From contig JASLXV010000069.1 of NCBI GenBank assembly GCA_030740155.1, forward strand, positions 32,001-96,000: 64,000 bases of DNA, given 5' to 3'. Below the pieces are notes generated by a model. That model searched no databases and was not told the origin of the DNA. It saw only the letters and a list, made by a program, of their open reading frames with translations. The translations under genes were made by a program, and so were the position numbers. Each line of letters starts with the position of its first letter. The stretch's first letter is position 1. Positions 59,018 through 64,000 of the stretch are shown one piece after another. Source of the stretch: Dehalococcoidia bacterium (GTDB lineage: Bacteria > Chloroflexota > Dehalococcoidia > Lucifugimonadales > UBA3495).

Positions 59018-62000
59018 CTACTCGTACCGCAGGGCCTCGGCGGGGAAGATGCGCGAGGCCTGCAGGGCGGGCAGAAAGGTGGTGGCCAGGGAAAACAGAT
59101 AGGCCACGGCGATAATCACGCCTATCTGAACCCACGGAATGCTGAATCGGATGGACTCCACGTCATCTTGGATGTCATTGACAATATTGAACGACATGAT
59201 CGTTCCCAGGGCCACCCCGATGGCTACCCCCAGCAAGACCACGAAAGAGGACTCCAGCAGGAAGCTTAACTGGACCATGCGGCGGCGGTAGCCAATGGCA
59301 CGCATGACGCCAATGTGCTGCCGGCGCTCCACCACTGCCCGCAGGCTGACCACCCCCAAGGCGGCGATCCCCACCATCAGGCCCAAGCCCATGTAACCGG
59401 TAAAGAGATAATTGAATGCCCGGTTGGCCGCCGCCTGATCTCCCACCAACTCCGCCAGCACGTCGGTCTCCATACCGTTCTCCCGGAAGGCAGCCTCGAT
59501 GCTCCTGGCGGTCCGCGCCATATCGACCCCTTCAGCCACCTTGAACCGGTAGGTAGTGGTCGGTATGGGGAACGGGACGGTTTCATCCAACTGTCGCCTC
59601 GAGACGAACATGCCAAGGCCGATATTGCCGAAGGCGTCGGTGAGTCGGTCCATCACGCCGATGACCTTGACCCGGACCACCTGGCCCGTGCGCGGCTCCC
59701 GGACCTCTAGCTCAATGGGTGACATCTCCTCGTCTTCGTAGTAAACACCCTCCAGCTGGAAGGGAATGCCGGAGTCGCCAAAGCCGGAGCGGGTGGGCAC
59801 GACCAACGAGTCAACCACCGCCAAAGTTGGGTCATCCCGCAGGGCCTGCCAAACCTCCCGGTCCGTCTTGCCGTAGCCGTCGGCGATCAACTTCAGCCTG
59901 GACTCCGTGGCTCTCAGGAAGTCATCGCCGGCGGCCCGCACCGCGTACCTCCGCCAGCGCTGATTTTCCGCCCCCGTCTGGCGGGCCTCGACAGGTATGG
60001 CGGTGTAACCGCCGACGGCCTCGAAATCCTCCAAGAACAGATCCGGATGGTCGTCGATCGCCCCGCGAATATCCCCGATGGGGGTGTTGAAATTGACGAT
60101 GCCCTGAATGTCCCATCCGCCGGCTACCGCGTCTACGTCCGCGACCGCGGCGCTGAACGCATTGTTGAGAATGGAAATCACGATGAGGGTGAAAATGACC
60201 AGGGCGAACATGGCGAGGGTCAGACCGGTGCGGAACTTGGCGCTCATGGGATAGGCCACGGCGGTGACCAGGACGGGGCGCAACCTACCCACCCGGCCGA
60301 TGAATAAGGTCATCGCCTTCAACAGGTGGTCCGCGTTGTACATGACCGTCCAGACCGCCGCCGCCACCGTGGCGATGCCGGAGATGAAGAACATTTCGAT
60401 GCCGCTGTTGAACTCGCCGGTCACGCCGCTCAGGGTGTCGAACGGCATCAACCAGAAGGCAAGCATCAGCCCGCCGATAAAACTGTAGGCGGTGCGGTCC
60501 CGCACTTCGGCCCGAAGGGAAGTGCGCCAGAGCGCCGTCCGCAGCATCAGCCCAATCCCCACGATAGCCAGGGAGACGCCGGTCCCGAAGGGCGCCGCCT
60601 GGTCACTGGCCATGCCACCCCATGTAATCCATGCGCCCACCAAGAAGGTGAGCCAACCTTGACGCAAATAGGGCCAGGCGAAACGGAACACCGCATTAAC
60701 GAAGCCAAAACCCCAGATGGGGAAGACAGCCACCCACAGGACTGCAAGGCCCATGTTGAGGAAGAAACTCCCAAACCGGGCATGCGCCAGATTCGTCAGA
60801 CCGCGGATGAAGAAGATCGCGGGTCGAGCAACCGCCTTCAGGATGCCCAGCAGCCGCGCGGAGAGCGGCGAATCTTGCCGGACGACAATCGTTTCGGGCA
60901 ACCCTCTGATTGCAACGACGATGTTCATCCTGCTCACCCGATAGGCCGAGACGGCCACTGTGCCCAACGTGATGACCATCCCCAGGCAGTAGGCGACGAT
61001 GGCGCTGCGGACCTCGAAGTGAGGGGTCAAATGGAAGTTTTCCGGAGTGCCGGCGACGCCGTTGGCGAAGATCCAGTTGGCGATTGCCACGATTGTTGCG
61101 CTGGCCGCCAGACCCAGAAAGACCCCCACCGCGCCGGACGCCAGGGCGTAGGCCGTGCCCTCGAAGACGAACATCTGCACCAGGTGGCGGCGCTTGGCGC
61201 CCACCGCCCGCGCCATGCCCATTTCCGACCGGCGGGCCGCCGCCAGCATGACGAAGATGAGAAAGATCAGCAGCACTCCCACCATGATGGAGAACAGCCC
61301 CATGATCGCGAAGGTGCTGGTCACTCCGCTGCCCACCTGGTCTGCCAAATCCAGGACCCGCTTCTTTACATCGTGGACGCGGAACTCGCCGAGCCCGGCG
61401 AACAGGGTGTCGGCCTCTCTCTCCGCTTCGGCCAGCTTGCCGCGGCTCAGGGCTTCCAGCACGTCATCGAACACCCTTTCGTCAGCCAGGAGGCTGATAA
61501 GCCGGTCGCTCACTTCATCCCGCTGCAACACCTCGAGCAACGCCGACATATCCGGCCGGCGGTTCGCGCTCAGGGACCGCTCCCTGCTTTCCAGCGCCCT
61601 CAGCACTTCGCCTCGGCCGAGCAACTCCTTGAGCTGGGCTGCCACCGCCCGGTCGGCGAAGAGGACCCTCAACTCCCGGGTGACTTCGTCACTGAGTTCA
61701 GCCCCGGCGAAGGTGCCGCCAAGGTTGGAGACCACGATGGAGTTGATCTGGCCGTCCCGGTCGAACATGGATTGGGCGTGGTCCAAGCGTACGACCAGAG
61801 TAGGGCCGTCACCGGCCAGGCCACCCCTATCCACCACCCCCATTACCTCGATCGGCAAGCCCCGGCCGGCAACGAACACCTGTAGTACGTCTCCGGCAAC
61901 AGCCCCCAGTTCCTCGGCTGCCTCAGTGTTGATGTAGGCTTCGTCCTGACCCAAACTCTCCAGGCGGACCTCCGCTCCGGAGGCCAGGTACAGAGCGCCG

Positions 62001-62503
62001 AAGCCGCGCAACGAGGCGGGCTCCACCCCAGCAATCCGCATTTGCCCTTCTGAGAGAGACGTGCGCGTATTCACGGCGGGGGCCCACTCGCCGATCCCCG
62101 GGGACAGCCCGTCGATACTCTCCAGGCCGGTCAGCCTGTCTCTTAGCCAGAGGAAACGCTCGTAGGGTATGTAGGAGGTGCTGCCGAAACTATCTCCGGA
62201 GGTGGCCCTGGCGGAGATGATGATCTCATCGATCGGACCGAGGGCCTCCACGGCGTTGCTGCGGATGGAGTAGCTGATTGTATCGCCGGTGCCAAAGGCC
62301 GCCGCCATGATTAAGGTGCTGATCATGATGCCGACGATGATGAGGACGGTCTGGGCCATCCTTCGGGGTATATTGCGCAGGCCCAGCTTCACCATGACCG
62401 GGCTCCGCCAAGCCATCCACCCGACCACGGCCATCGACGCCAGGAAGAATGCCAAGAGGATCGCCATGATCAGGTCCATGGAGACGCCGAAAAGCTCTTC
62501 CAC
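59018..62503 (-). CDS. ABC transporter permease with two FtsX/MacB-like halves
   Basis: RRSEMGMARAVGA and ERRQHIGVMRAIG FtsX motifs, C-terminal P.EALRYE; start overlaps the ATPase stop. Confidence 0.92.
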   Translation of the reverse strand: MEELFGVSMDLIMAILLAFFLASMAVVGWMAWRSPVMVKLGLRNIPRRMAQTVLIIVGIMISTLIMAAAFGTGDTISYSIRSNAVEALGPIDEIIISARATSGDSFGSTSYIPYERFLWLRDRLTGLESIDGLSPGIGEWAPAVNTRTSLSEGQMRIAGVEPASLRGFGALYLASGAEVRLESLGQDEAYINTEAAEELGAVAGDVLQVFVAGRGLPIEVMGVVDRGGLAGDGPTLVVRLDHAQSMFDRDGQINSIVVSNLGGTFAGAELSDEVTRELRVLFADRAVAAQLKELLGRGEVLRALESRERSLSANRRPDMSALLEVLQRDEVSDRLISLLADERVFDDVLEALSRGKLAEAEREADTLFAGLGEFRVHDVKKRVLDLADQVGSGVTSTFAIMGLFSIMVGVLLIFLIFVMLAAARRSEMGMARAVGAKRRHLVQMFVFEGTAYALASGAVGVFLGLAASATIVAIANWIFANGVAGTPENFHLTPHFEVRSAIVAYCLGMVITLGTVAVSAYRVSRMNIVVAIRGLPETIVVRQDSPLSARLLGILKAVARPAIFFIRGLTNLAHARFGSFFLNMGLAVLWVAVFPIWGFGFVNAVFRFAWPYLRQGWLTFLVGAWITWGGMASDQAAPFGTGVSLAIVGIGLMLRTALWRTSLRAEVRDRTAYSFIGGLMLAFWLMPFDTLSGVTGEFNSGIEMFFISGIATVAAAVWTVMYNADHLLKAMTLFIGRVGRLRPVLVTAVAYPMSAKFRTGLTLAMFALVIFTLIVISILNNAFSAAVADVDAVAGGWDIQGIVNFNTPIGDIRGAIDDHPDLFLEDFEAVGGYTAIPVEARQTGAENQRWRRYAVRAAGDDFLRATESRLKLIADGYGKTDREVWQALRDDPTLAVVDSLVVPTRSGFGDSGIPFQLEGVYYEDEEMSPIELEVREPRTGQVVRVKVIGVMDRLTDAFGNIGLGMFVSRRQLDETVPFPIPTTTYRFKVAEGVDMARTARSIEAAFRENGMETDVLAELVGDQAAANRAFNYLFTGYMGLGLMVGIAALGVVSLRAVVERRQHIGVMRAIGYRRRMVQLSFLLESSFVVLLGVAIGVALGTIMSFNIVNDIQDDVESIRFSIPWVQIGVIIAVAYLFSLATTFLPALQASRIFPAEALRYE

Positions 62504-63249
62504 TACTCTTCGGCCGCCACGGGCGACTCGGCGTCATTTCCCGCTCCCCGCGACTCGCCGGACCCATTCCCGTCGTCCACGATGGCTCCGTCCCGCATCC
62601 GCACGATGCGGTGCGCCCGCGCGCCCACCTCGGCGGCGTGGGTAACCAGCACGAAGGTCTGGCCGTTGGTCTGGTTCAGCTCACACATGAGGTCGATGAT
62701 TTCCCCCGCCGTCTCGCTGTCCAGGTCGCCGGTGGGCTCGTCGGCCCAGACTATGGAGGGTCCGTTCACCAGGGCCCGAGCCACGGTCACCCGCTGCCTC
62801 TGGCCCCCGGAAAGCTCGGCGGGCAGGTGTTGGGCCCGGTCGGACAGACCCACCTGGTCCAGCATCTCCAAGGACCTGCGGCGGGCCTCTCTAGAGCCGA
62901 TGCCGGAGACCAGAAGCGGCATCTCCACGTTCTCCAAGGAGCTGAGGACCGGAAGGAGGTTGTACAGCTGGAACACGAACCCCATCTGCCGGGCCCGGTA
63001 ATCGCTGCGTTCGTCGTCGGGAAGGCCGTGAAGAACCACTCCGTCGATCAGCACCTGGCCGGAGTCGATCTCGTCCAGGCCGGAGAGGCAGTTGAGGAGG
63101 GTGGTCTTGCCGCATCCGCTGGGCCCCATAATGGCGACCATCTCGCCGCGCCGCACCCGCAGGTCCACTCCCTTCAGGGCGTGAACCTTCACCGTGCCGG
63201 TGTCGTAGATCTTTTGAATTCCAGTGGCGAGAACGATCGGTTCCCCCAT
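62503..63249 (-). CDS. ABC transporter ATP-binding protein (LolD/MacB-like)
   Basis: [33 protein letters not shown] at 63249 after AGGAGG. Confidence 0.95.
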   Translation of the reverse strand: MGEPIVLATGIQKIYDTGTVKVHALKGVDLRVRRGEMVAIMGPSGCGKTTLLNCLSGLDEIDSGQVLIDGVVLHGLPDDERSDYRARQMGFVFQLYNLLPVLSSLENVEMPLLVSGIGSREARRRSLEMLDQVGLSDRAQHLPAELSGGQRQRVTVARALVNGPSIVWADEPTGDLDSETAGEIIDLMCELNQTNGQTFVLVTHAAEVGARAHRIVRMRDGAIVDDGNGSGESRGAGNDAESPVAAEE

Positions 63250-63650
63250 CGGGACCTCCTGGGGCAGCCGCCGCGGCGCTTCAGGGGTAGCCGAGGGGCA
63301 AGAATTTCGGGGCATGGCCTGTTCCTGAAAAGAGAGATGAGACTCTGATAGCTAACAATAGACTATCATGGCGGGCCGCCGGTAGCCATCCGCCAGAAGA
63401 GGAGGTCCCGCACCCGGCGGCCGTGACGGTCGATCCCGCGTGACGGTCGATCCCGATTGAAGAGACCGCGGCGCCCCGCAACGAGACGCCGCCCAGATAT
63501 GGGACCAGTGGAGGAAGCTCGCCTCGATGCGGTCACAGCCGGCGCCCGGGTGCATCCAGCCTCTTTACCCGGACCAAAGGCTCGAGCCCACCACCCCTTC
63601 CGACAGTCGATTGCCGTTCCGGGGTCTCGTAAATGGCTTGAAACCAGTTG

Positions 63651-63715
63651 GTAATCCCGGCGAAGGCCGGGATCCAGCTAGCGCTTCCGTGGATTCCGGT
63701 CTTCGCCGGGATGAT
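63651..63715. repeat. ATCCCGGCGAAGGCCGGGATCCAG palindrome pair
   Basis: Same family as 40362-40428 and 42304-42370. Confidence 0.85.
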
Positions 63716-64000
63716 GATCGCGGGGAGAGAACGTCACACAAGTACCGAGACCGGAGTAGAAACTATGCAGCGGTCAGAAAAGGATACGGACAGCGGCTAC
63801 CGCCTCAGAAATGCCGTTAGAGGGTTCACGGCATCCCTGGGGGTCTCAGGCACTGGGAATTCAACTCGATTCAGGAAACCTTTGGAAAATCCCCGGCGCG
63901 AACTTTTAGGGAATCTGATTCTCCCGGTTGCGCCGCCTAAGCCGCCGAGCGACCGTTGGCGTTGGCGAATAGGAACTTTTCTATGTCTTCGGGTTTGAAA

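Noticed and set aside
63648..64000. 116-aa ORF and a possible CRISPR leader at the window end
   Set aside because: The ORF begins inside a palindromic repeat (VIPAKAGIQ is repeat-derived), and no repeat array is visible within the window.

Overview
GC-rich bacterial chromosomal segment with about 45 CDS. No rRNA, tRNA, CRISPR array, transposase or integrase was recognised. It carries many paralogous catabolic enzymes (crotonases, class III CoA-transferases, acyl-CoA dehydrogenases, TPP enzymes, PLP fold-III enzymes) plus recQ, fhs, metH, an M1 aminopeptidase, leuCD, CIRCE-groES-groEL, cinA, a CHASE2 adenylate cyclase and an ABC exporter. This content suggests Chloroflexota (Dehalococcoidia/SAR202-like), which is an inference. 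The most notable items are: (1) a stand-alone two-gene operon encoding a divergent Tubulin_2-type GTPase domain and its in-frame partner, separated by one TAG and driven by a near-consensus sigma70 promoter; (2) a PD-(D/E)XK-like nuclease gene bracketed by two diverged copies of the 3' end of an acyl-CoA dehydrogenase gene; (3) several families of short intergenic palindromic or tandem repeats, including polarised heptamer arms and one palindrome translated in frame inside MetH; (4) repeated enzyme plus catalytically degenerate paralog pairs; (5) two candidate structured leader RNAs. All calls come from reading the sequence by eye; no searches or computations were run.
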